A stretch of 64,000 bases of DNA, from positions 7,113-71,112 of the forward strand of contig WVWV01000033.1 of the NCBI GenBank assembly GCA_011773845.1, given 5' to 3'. The notes below the pieces were generated by a model, which searched no databases, had not been told where the DNA came from, and worked only from the letters and a program-made list of their open reading frames with translations. The position numbers were made by a program, and so were the translations under genes. Below are positions 55,722 to 64,000 of the stretch, in pieces. The DNA is from Lysobacterales bacterium. GTDB lineage: Bacteria; Pseudomonadota; Gammaproteobacteria; Xanthomonadales; SZUA-36. Within the stretch, counting starts at the first letter, position 1; each line of letters begins with the position of its first letter.

Positions 55722-55730
55722 TGCTAGAAT
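55722..55730 (+). promoter_or_regulatory. Candidate extended -10 promoter element TGCTAGAAT upstream of prfC
   Basis: TGn-TAGAAT read directly, about 45 nt upstream of the prfC ATG. No convincing -35 element. Confidence 0.35.
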
Positions 55731-55774
55731 GGCGCGTTTTTTCGAGCCGCGCCGGCGACGCCAATCCGATCCCC

Positions 55775-57370
55775 ATGTCCAAGCTTCAGGAACAGCTGCT
55801 GCGCCGCCGCACGTTTGCGATCATCTCGCATCCCGACGCCGGCAAGACGACGCTCACCGAGAAGCTGCTGCTGTTCGGCGGCGCCATCCAGATGGCGGGC
55901 ACCGTCAAGGCACGCAAGGCCGCGCGCCACGCCACCTCCGACTGGATGAAGCTGGAGCAGGAGCGGGGCATCTCGGTGACCAGTTCCGTGATGCAGTTTC
56001 AGCATCGTGACTACATCGTCAACCTGCTGGATACCCCCGGCCACGCCGATTTTTCGGAGGACACCTACCGCACCCTGACCGCCGTGGACTCGGCGCTGAT
56101 GGTCATCGACTGCGCCAAGGGCGTGGAGGAGCGCACCATCAAGCTGATGGAGATCTGCCGCCTGCGGCAGACGCCCATCTTCACCTTCATCAACAAGCTG
56201 GACCGCGAAGGCCGCGAACCGATCGAGCTGCTCGACGAAATCGAGCGCGTGCTGGGCATCGAGTGCGCGCCGATCACCTGGCCGATCGGCATGGGGCGCC
56301 GCCTGCGGGGGGTCTACCACCTGCTGGACGACGCCGTCCACCTGTACGAGAGCGGCCGCAATTACGTCACCCAGGAAGCGGAGGTCATTGCCGGCATCGA
56401 CAACCCGGTGTTGCGCGAGCGTCTCGGCGATGCGATCGACGCGTTGCGCGAGGAAATCGAGCTGGTGCGCGGCGCCAGCCATGACTTCGATCGGCAGGCC
56501 TTTCTGGCCGGCCGGCAAACCCCGGTATTTTTCGGTTCCGCGATCAATAATTTCGGCGTCACCCCCCTCCTGGACGCCTTCGTCGATAACGCACCCCCAC
56601 CCGGGCCCCGTGCCACGCTGGGCCGCACGGTGGAAAGCGATGAGCCCGCGCTCACCGGCTTCGTCTTCAAGATCCAGGCCAACATGGATCCGGCGCACCG
56701 CGACCGCGTGGCCTTTGTGCGGATCTGTTCCGGCCACTTCCGACAGGGCATGAAGCTCAGGCACGTGCGCCTGGGCAAGGACGTGCGCATCGCCAATGCC
56801 CTGACCTTCATGGCGGGCGAGCGCGGGCAGGTGGAGGAGGCCTGGCCCGGCGACATCATCGGGCTTCACAACCACGGCACCATCGTCATCGGGGACAGCT
56901 TCACCGAGGGGGAAGCGCTGCAGTTCACCGGGATTCCCAACTTCGCGCCGGAGCTGTTTCGCCGCGCGCGGCTGCGCGACCCGCTGCGGCTCAAGGCGCT
57001 GCAAAAAGGCCTGCAGCAACTCTCCGAGGAGGGTGCAACGCAGTTCTTCCGCCCCCTGCTGGGAAACGACCTGATCCTGGGCGCGGTGGGCGTGCTGCAG
57101 TTCGAGGTGGTGGCCTACCGCTTGCAGAACGAATACAACGTGCAGGCCGCCTTCGAGGACGTCAACGTGCAAACCGCGCGCTGGGTGAGCTGCGAAGACG
57201 AGCGCCAGCTGGCGGACTTCACCCGCCAGCTGCAAGCCCACCTGGCGCACGACGCGGCCGGCCAGCTGGTCTACCTCGCACCCACGCGTGTTAACCTGCA
57301 GCTCACCGAGGAACGGTGGCCCGCAATCAGGTTCGCCCGCACCCGGGAAACCGTGCCGTTCGTGGATTGA
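55775..57370 (+). CDS. prfC: Peptide chain release factor 3
   Basis: 531 aa with '[33 protein letters not shown]', 'DTPGHADF' and 'NKLDR', the canonical RF3 GTPase pattern. Confidence 0.95.
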   Translation: MSKLQEQLLRRRTFAIISHPDAGKTTLTEKLLLFGGAIQMAGTVKARKAARHATSDWMKLEQERGISVTSSVMQFQHRDYIVNLLDTPGHADFSEDTYRTLTAVDSALMVIDCAKGVEERTIKLMEICRLRQTPIFTFINKLDREGREPIELLDEIERVLGIECAPITWPIGMGRRLRGVYHLLDDAVHLYESGRNYVTQEAEVIAGIDNPVLRERLGDAIDALREEIELVRGASHDFDRQAFLAGRQTPVFFGSAINNFGVTPLLDAFVDNAPPPGPRATLGRTVESDEPALTGFVFKIQANMDPAHRDRVAFVRICSGHFRQGMKLRHVRLGKDVRIANALTFMAGERGQVEEAWPGDIIGLHNHGTIVIGDSFTEGEALQFTGIPNFAPELFRRARLRDPLRLKALQKGLQQLSEEGATQFFRPLLGNDLILGAVGVLQFEVVAYRLQNEYNVQAAFEDVNVQTARWVSCEDERQLADFTRQLQAHLAHDAAGQLVYLAPTRVNLQLTEERWPAIRFARTRETVPFVD

Positions 57371-57374
57371 CGCA

Positions 57375-58736
57375 TTGCAGCACGCTGGCAGCAGGCATTG
57401 GCGCTACTTTTTCCCGGACCGGGGACGCCGGGCGGCCATCTGGGCCATTGCCCTGCCGATCATGGGCGGCATGGTCTCGCAGAACATCCTCAACCTCGTC
57501 GATATCGCCATGGTGGGGCACCTGGGCGACGCCGCACTCGCCGCCACCGGGATCGGCAGCTTCACCAACTATCTGTGCATCGCCTTCATCATCGGGCTCT
57601 CCGCCGGGGTGCAGGCGCTGGCCGCGCGCCGGCTGGGCGAAGGGCGCGACCGGGAGACTGCCATACCCCTGAACGGCGGGCTGATCCTGGCCCTGGCGCT
57701 CGGGGCGCCGATGTCCGTGCTGCTCATCCTGCTGGTCCCGGCCGGTTTCAGCTACCTCACCAGCGATCCGGAGGTGATCCGCCAGGGGGTCCCGTACCTG
57801 CAGATCCGGCTGGCCTCCATGGTGGCGGTCGGCATGAACTTCTCGTTCCGGGGATTCTGGAGCGCGGTCCACATGACGGGCATCTACCTGCGCACGCTGG
57901 TCATCATGCACGCCATCAACATTTTCCTGAACTGGGTGCTGATCTTCGGCAACCTCGGCGCACCTGCCCTCGGCGTGCGCGGCGCGGGGCTGGCGACGAC
58001 GGTGTCGCTGTTCATCGGCACCGGCATCTATTTCTTCTTCGCCCTGCGTCACGCGCGCGACAAGGGCTTCCTGCACGGCATCCCCTCGCTGGCCACGCTG
58101 CGGCAACAGTTCATGCTGTCGCTGCCGGCCAGCCTGCAACAGTTCTTTTTCGCGGCCGGCCTGGTGGCGCTGATGTGGATCATCGGCCGCATCGGCACCG
58201 CCGAGGTGGCGGCCACCAACGTGCTCATGACCTTCCACCTGACCGCCCTGTTGCCTTCGTTCGGCGTGGCGCTGGCCGCCACCACGCTGGTGGGCAATGC
58301 GCTGGGGCGCGGCGAGGTCGAGGAGGCGGCCCGGTGGGGATGGAATGCGGCCACGCTCACCCTGATCTATGGCGTGGTGCTGGGCCTGGCCGTGATACCA
58401 CTGGCCGAGCCCTTGCTGGGCTTTTTCCTGAAGAACCCGGCCACCCGCGACCTGGCGCAGCTGCCACTGGTGCTGTGGGCGCTGGTCATTGGCTTCGATG
58501 CCGCGGGCCTGGTGCTGTTGAACGGGCTGATCGGCGCCGGCGACACCCGGCGCAGCATGTGGATCTCCATCATCGCGCAGTGGGCTTTCTTCCTGCCGCT
58601 GGCCTGGCTGGCCGGCCCGGTGCTGGGCTTCGGCCTGCTCGGCGTGTGGGCGCTGAACGGCATCTACCGCCTGGGTCAGGCCGTGGTGTGCGCGCAGCAA
58701 TGGGTGGGCCGCAAGTGGGCCCATGTCCAGATCTAG
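57375..58736 (+). CDS. MATE-family efflux transporter, second copy
   Basis: Polytopic protein with 'IALPIMGGMVSQNILNLVDIAMVGHLG'. No ATG lies upstream of the first TM span after the prfC stop, so the start is assigned to TTG 57375; this start is uncertain. Confidence 0.75.
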   Translation: MQHAGSRHWRYFFPDRGRRAAIWAIALPIMGGMVSQNILNLVDIAMVGHLGDAALAATGIGSFTNYLCIAFIIGLSAGVQALAARRLGEGRDRETAIPLNGGLILALALGAPMSVLLILLVPAGFSYLTSDPEVIRQGVPYLQIRLASMVAVGMNFSFRGFWSAVHMTGIYLRTLVIMHAINIFLNWVLIFGNLGAPALGVRGAGLATTVSLFIGTGIYFFFALRHARDKGFLHGIPSLATLRQQFMLSLPASLQQFFFAAGLVALMWIIGRIGTAEVAATNVLMTFHLTALLPSFGVALAATTLVGNALGRGEVEEAARWGWNAATLTLIYGVVLGLAVIPLAEPLLGFFLKNPATRDLAQLPLVLWALVIGFDAAGLVLLNGLIGAGDTRRSMWISIIAQWAFFLPLAWLAGPVLGFGLLGVWALNGIYRLGQAVVCAQQWVGRKWAHVQI

Positions 58737-58751
58737 GCGCCCCTGACGGAC

Positions 58752-58769
58752 GGGGCAGCTTGCTGCCCC
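58752..58769 (+). terminator. GC hairpin GGGGCAG-CTTG-CTGCCCC downstream of the MATE gene (possible weak terminator)
   Basis: Perfect 7-bp stem read directly. No U-tract follows, so termination activity is uncertain. Confidence 0.3.
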
Positions 58770-58832
58770 TGCGCAAAGGCATTACATTGCCGGGGGTCAT
58801 CAGCACACCACCAGCGCAGTGGAGCGTCGCCT

Positions 58833-60110
58833 ATGTTCAGCAGCATCCTGTTCGGGATTCTCGGGCTGTCGGTCCTGATCGCGATCGCCTTCGCGTTCTC
58901 CGATAACCGCAAGGCGGTCGACTGGAAGCTGGTTACCGCCGGCATCGCCCTGCAACTGCTGTTTGCGTGCATCGTCATCGTGCTGCCGGGCGGACGCGAG
59001 TTCTTCGAGGCCCTGAGCCGGATTTTCGTGCGCGTCATCAGCTTTGCCTCTGACGGCGCCATTTTCGTATTCGGCAACATCGGAGACCCGTCAAGCAATC
59101 TCGGCTTCATCTTCGCGTTCCAGGTGCTGCCGACCATCATCTTCTTCGCATCGCTGATGAGCGTGCTCTACCACCTCGGCCTCATGCAGAAGGTGGTGCA
59201 GGCCATGGCCTGGGTCATGCTCAAGGTGATGCGCATCAGCGGCTCGGAATCGCTGTCGGTGGCAGCGAACGTGTTCGTAGGCCAGACCGAGGCGCCGCTG
59301 GTGGTGCGCCCCTACATCGCCCGCATGACCCAGTCGGAACTGCTCACCATGATGGTGGGCGGCATGGCCACCATCGCCGGCGGCGTGCTCGCCGCCTACA
59401 TCACCATGCTCGGCGGCGGCGACGAGGCGCTGCGTGTGTACTACGCCAAGCACCTGCTGTCGGCCAGCGTCATGGCGGCGCCGGCCACCATCGTGCTGGC
59501 CAAGATTCTCAAGCCCGAGACCGAAGAATCCCTGACCAAGGGCGACGTGCGCATCCACGTCGAGAGAACCGCCACCAATGTCATCGAGGCCGCCGCCAAC
59601 GGCGCTGCGGACGGGGTGCGACTGGCCCTCAACGTGGGCGGCATGCTGATCGCTTTCATCGCGCTGATCGCATTGGTCAATTATCCGCTCGGCTGGATCG
59701 GCGAGATCGTCGGCCTGGAAGCGGTGCTCGGCCAGCCGCTGAGCCTGTCCCTGATCCTGGGCTACGTGCTCTCGCCGCTGGCCTGGATCATCGGCGTGCC
59801 GTGGCAGGATGCGATCACCGTCGGCGGGCTGCTGGGCGAGAAAATCGTGGCCAACGAGTTCGTTGCCTATACCCACCTCAACGAGATACAGAACACCCTG
59901 ACGCCCAAGGGCCTGCTGATTTCCACCTATGCGCTGTGCGGGTTCGCGAATTTCGCGTCCATCGCCATCCAGCTCGGCGGCATCGGCGGCCTGGCCCCGG
60001 AACGGCGCCCGGACCTGGCGCGATTCGGCCTGCGCGCGGTGCTCGGCGGGGCGCTGGCCACCATGATGACCGCGACCATCGCGGGCGTGCTGACCGGCAT
60101 GGTGAACTGA
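58833..60110 (+). CDS. NupC/CNT-family concentrative nucleoside transporter
   Basis: 425 aa. N-terminal 'GILGLSVLIAIAFAFSDNRKAVDWK' and C-terminal 'NEFVAY...ALCGFANFASIAIQLGGIG' are typical of NupC-type transporters. GGAG RBS upstream. Confidence 0.9.
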   Translation: MFSSILFGILGLSVLIAIAFAFSDNRKAVDWKLVTAGIALQLLFACIVIVLPGGREFFEALSRIFVRVISFASDGAIFVFGNIGDPSSNLGFIFAFQVLPTIIFFASLMSVLYHLGLMQKVVQAMAWVMLKVMRISGSESLSVAANVFVGQTEAPLVVRPYIARMTQSELLTMMVGGMATIAGGVLAAYITMLGGGDEALRVYYAKHLLSASVMAAPATIVLAKILKPETEESLTKGDVRIHVERTATNVIEAAANGAADGVRLALNVGGMLIAFIALIALVNYPLGWIGEIVGLEAVLGQPLSLSLILGYVLSPLAWIIGVPWQDAITVGGLLGEKIVANEFVAYTHLNEIQNTLTPKGLLISTYALCGFANFASIAIQLGGIGGLAPERRPDLARFGLRAVLGGALATMMTATIAGVLTGMVN

Positions 60111-60122
60111 CCCACCCGATCG

Positions 60123-62003
60123 GTGTCCGGCACCTCCCAGTTTGCCCTGTTCCGCGCGCGGCGTTTCATGCCGTTCTTCATGACCCAGGCACTGGGTGCG
60201 CTCAACGACAACATCTTCAAGAACGCGCTCGCGGCCCTGCTGGTGTTCCAGAGCAGCCGGCTGGCGGGGCTCAACACCGACCAGCTGATCAACCTCAGCG
60301 CCATGGTGTTCATCCTGCCCTTCTTCCTGTTCTCGGCGCTGTTCGGCCAGTTCGCGGACAAGTACGAAAAATCGCGGCAGATCAGGGGCATCAAGCTGTT
60401 CGAGGTGACCATCATGGCGATCGCGACCATCGGCTTCTGGCTCAACAGCCTGCCGCTGCTGCTGGCCGTGCTGTTCCTGCTGGGTTTCCAGTCCACCATG
60501 TTCGGCCCCATCAAGTACGGCATCCTGCCGCAGGTACTGGACCGGCGCGAACTGGTGGGTGGCAACGCCCTGGTGGAGATGGGCACCTTCGTGGCGATCC
60601 TGGCCGGCACCATCGCCGGACCCCAGCTGGCGGGCATCGAGGCCGGCTGGCCGGTGTGGGTGAGCCTGGCGGCGCTGGCGGTTGCCGTGCTGGGCTACCT
60701 GTTCAGCCGCGGCATCCCGGCCGCGGGACCGGTCGCGCCCGACCTGGTGGTGAACTGGAACGTCTTCACCGAGACCTGGCGCAACCTGCGGTTCATCAAC
60801 GAGAACCCGACCGTCCTCAACAGCGTGCTCGGCATCTCCTGGTTCTGGTTCTTCGGCGCCACCTTCCTGGTGCAGATTCCGAGCTATTCCCAGAACGTCC
60901 TGGGCGGCGACGAGGACCTCATGTCCCTGCTGCTGGCCATGTTCATCGTCGGCATCAGCACCGGCTCGCTGCTGTGTGAGCGCCTGTCCGGGCGCCAGGT
61001 GGAGATCGGCCTGGTGCCGTTCGGCTCCATCGGCCTGACCGTGTTTGGCCTCGACCTGTGGCTGGCGAGCCCGCTGCAGGCCAGCCCGGGCCTGTCCATC
61101 GGTGCCTTCCTGGCCGCCCCCGGGAGCTGGCGCATCGTGGTCGACCTGGTGATGATCGGCATTTTCGGCGGGTTCTACATCGTGCCCCTGTACGCGCTGG
61201 TGCAACAGCGCTCGGAGCCCGCTCACCGCTCACGCGTGATCGCGGGCAACAACATCCTCAACGCGTTGTTCATGGTGGTGGCGGCGGTGCTGGCCATGGT
61301 GGTGCTGGGACGGGCGGGGTTCAGCATTCCCGAGCTGTTCATGCTCACCGCCATCCTCAACGCGGTGGTGGCGGTCTACATCTTCACGCTGGTGCCCGAA
61401 TTCCTCATGCGCTTCCTGGTATGGATCCTGATTCATACCATCTACCGGGTTCGACCCAGCGGCCTGGACCGCATCCCGGAACAGGGCCCGGTCGTGCTGG
61501 CGGCCAACCACGTCAGTTTCGTCGACCCCCTGATCATCGGCGGACTGGTGCGCCGGCCGGTACGCTTCGTGATGCATCACCGCATTTACCGCATTCCCCT
61601 GCTGCGCTTCGTGTTCAGAACCGGCAAGGCCATCCCCATCGCCTCCGGCCGGGAGGACCCGGCGATCCTGGAGAACGCCTACCAGCGCATCGGCGAGGTA
61701 CTCGACGCCGGCGAGGTGCTCGGCATCTTTCCCGAGGGCGCCATCACCTGCGACGGCGCGATTCACCCATTCAAGAAGGGCATCGACAAGATCATCGCCG
61801 AGCGCCCGGTGCCGGTCGTGCCCATGGCGCTGTGCCACCTCTGGGGATCGATGTTCAGCCGCCGGGACCCCCTGCTGAAGCGCCGGCCGTACAAGTTGTG
61901 GGCGCGGGTGGAGCTGCGCATCGGCCAGCCCATCGCGCCGCAGGAGGTCAGCGCGGAACGCCTGGAGGCGGAGATCCGGCGCCTGCGCGGCGACGATCAG
62001 TGA
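60123..62003 (+). CDS. LplT-like MFS transporter fused to a PlsC-type (HX4D) acyltransferase domain
   Basis: 626 aa. The N-terminal ~410 aa are a 12-TM MFS ('FFMTQALGALNDNIFKNAL'). The C-terminal domain carries 'ANHVSFVDP' (HX4D) and 'FPEG'. GTG start. Confidence 0.85.
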   Translation: MSGTSQFALFRARRFMPFFMTQALGALNDNIFKNALAALLVFQSSRLAGLNTDQLINLSAMVFILPFFLFSALFGQFADKYEKSRQIRGIKLFEVTIMAIATIGFWLNSLPLLLAVLFLLGFQSTMFGPIKYGILPQVLDRRELVGGNALVEMGTFVAILAGTIAGPQLAGIEAGWPVWVSLAALAVAVLGYLFSRGIPAAGPVAPDLVVNWNVFTETWRNLRFINENPTVLNSVLGISWFWFFGATFLVQIPSYSQNVLGGDEDLMSLLLAMFIVGISTGSLLCERLSGRQVEIGLVPFGSIGLTVFGLDLWLASPLQASPGLSIGAFLAAPGSWRIVVDLVMIGIFGGFYIVPLYALVQQRSEPAHRSRVIAGNNILNALFMVVAAVLAMVVLGRAGFSIPELFMLTAILNAVVAVYIFTLVPEFLMRFLVWILIHTIYRVRPSGLDRIPEQGPVVLAANHVSFVDPLIIGGLVRRPVRFVMHHRIYRIPLLRFVFRTGKAIPIASGREDPAILENAYQRIGEVLDAGEVLGIFPEGAITCDGAIHPFKKGIDKIIAERPVPVVPMALCHLWGSMFSRRDPLLKRRPYKLWARVELRIGQPIAPQEVSAERLEAEIRRLRGDDQ

Positions 62004-62320
62004 GCGACCTGGGCGGACCGGGCGGCCATGCAATTCCAGCAATGCGTGAACGCCCCGTCGACCTCGGTCCGGCACCGCCGGCAGGTCCAGCCGGGCTGGT
62101 CTTCCGGAACGGCCAGCACCTCCGCGATCAGCTGACGCGCGCGCGGCAGGTCGTGGGCTTCGAGCACCCACAGTTCCGGCATCACCTCCACGAACGGGAT
62201 TTCGCCCAGCGCCGAGGACACGTACTGATTCTTCAACAGCGTGCGGATGCCGGCGGATTCCAGTAACGACTGGAGCTGACCCACGCGCGAGAGATCGAAA
62301 TCCTCGTACACCTTGATCAT
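61997..62320 (-). CDS. DUF2007-like small protein with a C-terminal CxxC...CxxC zinc-ribbon
   Basis: 107 aa, 'MIKVYEDFDLSRVGQLQSLLESAGI...' with 'CRRC...CWNC'. Its 3' end overlaps the convergent gene by 7 nt. Confidence 0.6.
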   Translation of the reverse strand: MIKVYEDFDLSRVGQLQSLLESAGIRTLLKNQYVSSALGEIPFVEVMPELWVLEAHDLPRARQLIAEVLAVPEDQPGWTCRRCRTEVDGAFTHCWNCMAARSAQVAH

Positions 62321-62422
62321 TGGCTGGGCCGCCCCTGGTAGCAATCACTGCCCCGGGCGGGGCAATGTCCGAACGCCAAGGATACCGTACAATCGAGGCC
62401 CCTGCGCTGCACGGAGACGGCC

Positions 62423-63181
62423 GTGCCGAAACGCCCGCTCGATTCCGGTTGCCTCGTCACCGGCCCCGACGGGCTGGCCTTCGAACAGGCCGGCCCGCTG
62501 CGCTGGGCGCGCGTGGTGGGCGCCGACGACGGGGCGCGCATGCTGTCCCTGTTCTATGCCGAGGCCGATCCGGGAAAGGGGCCGGAGATCGCCTGCGGCG
62601 ACTCCGAGGCCGTGCTGTTCCTGCTCAGCGGCCGCTGCACCCTGGCCATCGGCGGGCGCGCATTTTCCGTGCAGCCGCACAGCGGGGCCTACGTTGGCCG
62701 CGGCGAGTCCTTCCACTTCGAGGTGCCCGCCGCAGGCCCACGCGCGCGCTGGCTGCTCTGCGTGTGCCCGCAACGGAACGCCCTGGACGTGGCCGGGGCG
62801 CCGTCGAAGCGCTTCGACGAGGCGCTGCCCGGGCGGGTGGTGGCCGCGAGCGGGCAACGCCGCGAAGCCACCGGGGAGCGCTATTTCAAGCTGCTGGTCG
62901 GCCCGCAGACGGGTTCCCGGGAGGTCACCCAGTTCATCGGCATGATCCCGCGCTCGCGGGCCGCCGAGCACTTCCACACCTACGAGGAGGTGATCTGCGT
63001 GCTGTCGGGGGACGGGCGCCTGTGGGCCGGCGCCGAATCGGCCCCGGTGGGCCCGGGCAGCATGATCTTCCTGCCCCGCAGGCAGCCCCACAGCCTGGAG
63101 TGCACCAGCGCCGAGGGCATGGAACTGGTCGGGATGTTCTACCCGGCCGGGAGCCCCGCGGTGAATTACCCGACCACCTGA
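62423..63181 (+). CDS. Bicupin-domain protein
   Basis: 252 aa, GTG start. The second cupin carries 'EHFHTYEEVICVLSGDG...GSMIFLPRRQPHSLE'. The first half is a degenerate cupin lacking an obvious His cluster. Confidence 0.65.
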   Translation: MPKRPLDSGCLVTGPDGLAFEQAGPLRWARVVGADDGARMLSLFYAEADPGKGPEIACGDSEAVLFLLSGRCTLAIGGRAFSVQPHSGAYVGRGESFHFEVPAAGPRARWLLCVCPQRNALDVAGAPSKRFDEALPGRVVAASGQRREATGERYFKLLVGPQTGSREVTQFIGMIPRSRAAEHFHTYEEVICVLSGDGRLWAGAESAPVGPGSMIFLPRRQPHSLECTSAEGMELVGMFYPAGSPAVNYPTT

Positions 63182-63184
63182 GGC

Positions 63185-64000
63185 ATGGCCGGCCCGCAGC
63201 GATTCTCGTCGCGCCTGGCAACGCTGCTGACCATGGCCGGGCTGGCCATCGGGCTCGGCAACGTGTGGCGCTTCCCGTACATGATGGGCCAGCACGGCGG
63301 CAGCGCATTCCTGATCATCTACATCTTCTTCATGCTGCTGCTGGCAGTGCCGGCGCTGGCGGGCGAATGGTCGTTGGGGCGCGCCGCGCGCCAGGGGCCC
63401 ATCGCGGCGCTGCGGATTGCCTACGGACCACGCGCCGGACTGGCCCTGGGACTGCTGATCGTGTCCGGCGTATTCATGGCGCTCAGCTACTACAGCATCA
63501 TCGTGGCCAACGTCTTCTACAGCGTCTGGTTCGCCGCCCGGCACGGGTTTTCGCAGGCGGGCATCGACCAGTACCAGGCCGGCCTGGCGGATGACGGCCT
63601 GCAGTACCTGCTGGCGCTGGCGGTCTGCCTGGTCAGCGTGTGGGTCGTGCATCGCGGCCTGCGGCGGGGCATCGAACGTGCGAACCGACTGCTGGTGCCG
63701 TTGTTCGCGGCCATTGCCGTCTATCTCGTCGCGGTGGCGCTCAACCTGGATGGCGCCGTGCCCAGGCTGCTGGGCTACCTGAAGCCGGACTTCTCGCGCG
63801 CGGGGCCGGAAGTCTGGTTCGCCGCCATGGGGCAGGCCTGTTTTTCGGTCGGCCTGTCCGGGATCCTGCACGTCATGTACGGATCCTACCTGCGGAGTGC
63901 CGAGCCGATTGTGCCCACCTCCGTCAAGACCGGCCTGATGGACACCGGCGCGGCGCTGCTGGCCACCCTGTTCGTGGTGCCGTCGGTGCTGGTGTTCGGC
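63185..64000 (+). CDS. Sodium-dependent neurotransmitter:sodium symporter (NSS/SNF) family transporter, 3'-truncated by the window end
   Basis: Frame open from ATG 63185 to the window end, so it is absent from the ORF track. My translation begins 'MAGPQRFSSRLATLLTMAGLAIGLGNVWRFPYMMGQHGGSAFLIIY', which contains the NSS hallmark. Confidence 0.88.
   Translation, partial: MAGPQRFSSRLATLLTMAGLAIGLGNVWRFPYMMGQHGGSAFLIIYIFFMLLLAVPALAGEWSLGRAARQGPIAALRIAYGPRAGLALGLLIVSGVFMALSYYSIIVANVFYSVWFAARHGFSQAGIDQYQAGLADDGLQYLLALAVCLVSVWVVHRGLRRGIERANRLLVPLFAAIAVYLVAVALNLDGAVPRLLGYLKPDFSRAGPEVWFAAMGQACFSVGLSGILHVMYGSYLRSAEPIVPTSVKTGLMDTGAALLATLFVVPSVLVFG

Overview
This is a visibly GC-rich, gene-dense bacterial chromosomal window, apparently proteobacterial, with about 55 protein genes and one tRNA. 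I found no rRNA, CRISPR array, transposase or integrase. All family calls come from reading motifs in the supplied six-frame translations; no homology search or structure prediction was run. Several start codons were moved downstream of the longest-ORF start using RBS position, gene junctions and family N-termini.

Positions 1-47 kb form a large amine, quaternary-amine and C1 catabolic neighbourhood:
- A trimethylamine-dehydrogenase-family flavoprotein with an MFS transporter.
- A TonB-dependent receptor with an Asp-beta-hydroxylase-family gene and a TPR-sulfotransferase.
- PuuC-like aldehyde dehydrogenases, a PuuB-like FAD oxidoreductase and a PauA/PuuA-like glutamine-synthetase homologue.
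- Two MTHFR-like genes.

The centrepiece is a roughly 17 kb co-directional minus-strand array (18417-35225). In order it encodes a TetR regulator, an acyl-CoA dehydrogenase, two PotF/PotD-type binding proteins, a PotG/H/I-type ABC transporter and a betaine-type Rieske oxygenase. These are followed by a complete corrinoid methyl-transfer module: corrinoid protein, DUF1638, a small conserved protein, methyl-THF:corrinoid methyltransferase, a RACo-like activase, an MTHFR-like protein and two divergent non-pyrrolysine MttB paralogues.

A plus-strand operon (35416-47023) diverges from this array. It encodes an aminotransferase, two tandem CrtI-like FAD oxidoreductases, a stand-alone GcvT-like protein, an ADP-forming CoA ligase, an aldehyde dehydrogenase, an enoyl-CoA hydratase and a GS-like ligase. 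A perfect 9-bp inverted repeat lies in the shared control region. I regard this divergent pair as a candidate, functionally undescribed pathway for a methylated polyamine or omega-amino quaternary amine.

Positions 47-64 kb are mostly housekeeping:
- An IPTL-CTERM surface protein, tRNA-Thr(UGU), a SPOR protein, birA and plsY.
- A DAK2-DegV (FakA/FakB-like) fusion coupled to plsY.
- A PspC-domain gene with a sigma-54-like promoter.
- A glutaredoxin-like protein, a SAM methyltransferase, an M23 peptidase and prfC.
- MATE, NupC and LplT-like-MFS/PlsC-fusion membrane proteins, a DUF2007 protein, a cupin protein and a partial NSS-family symporter.

The many long antisense ORFs in the track are GC-driven shadow ORFs and were rejected.
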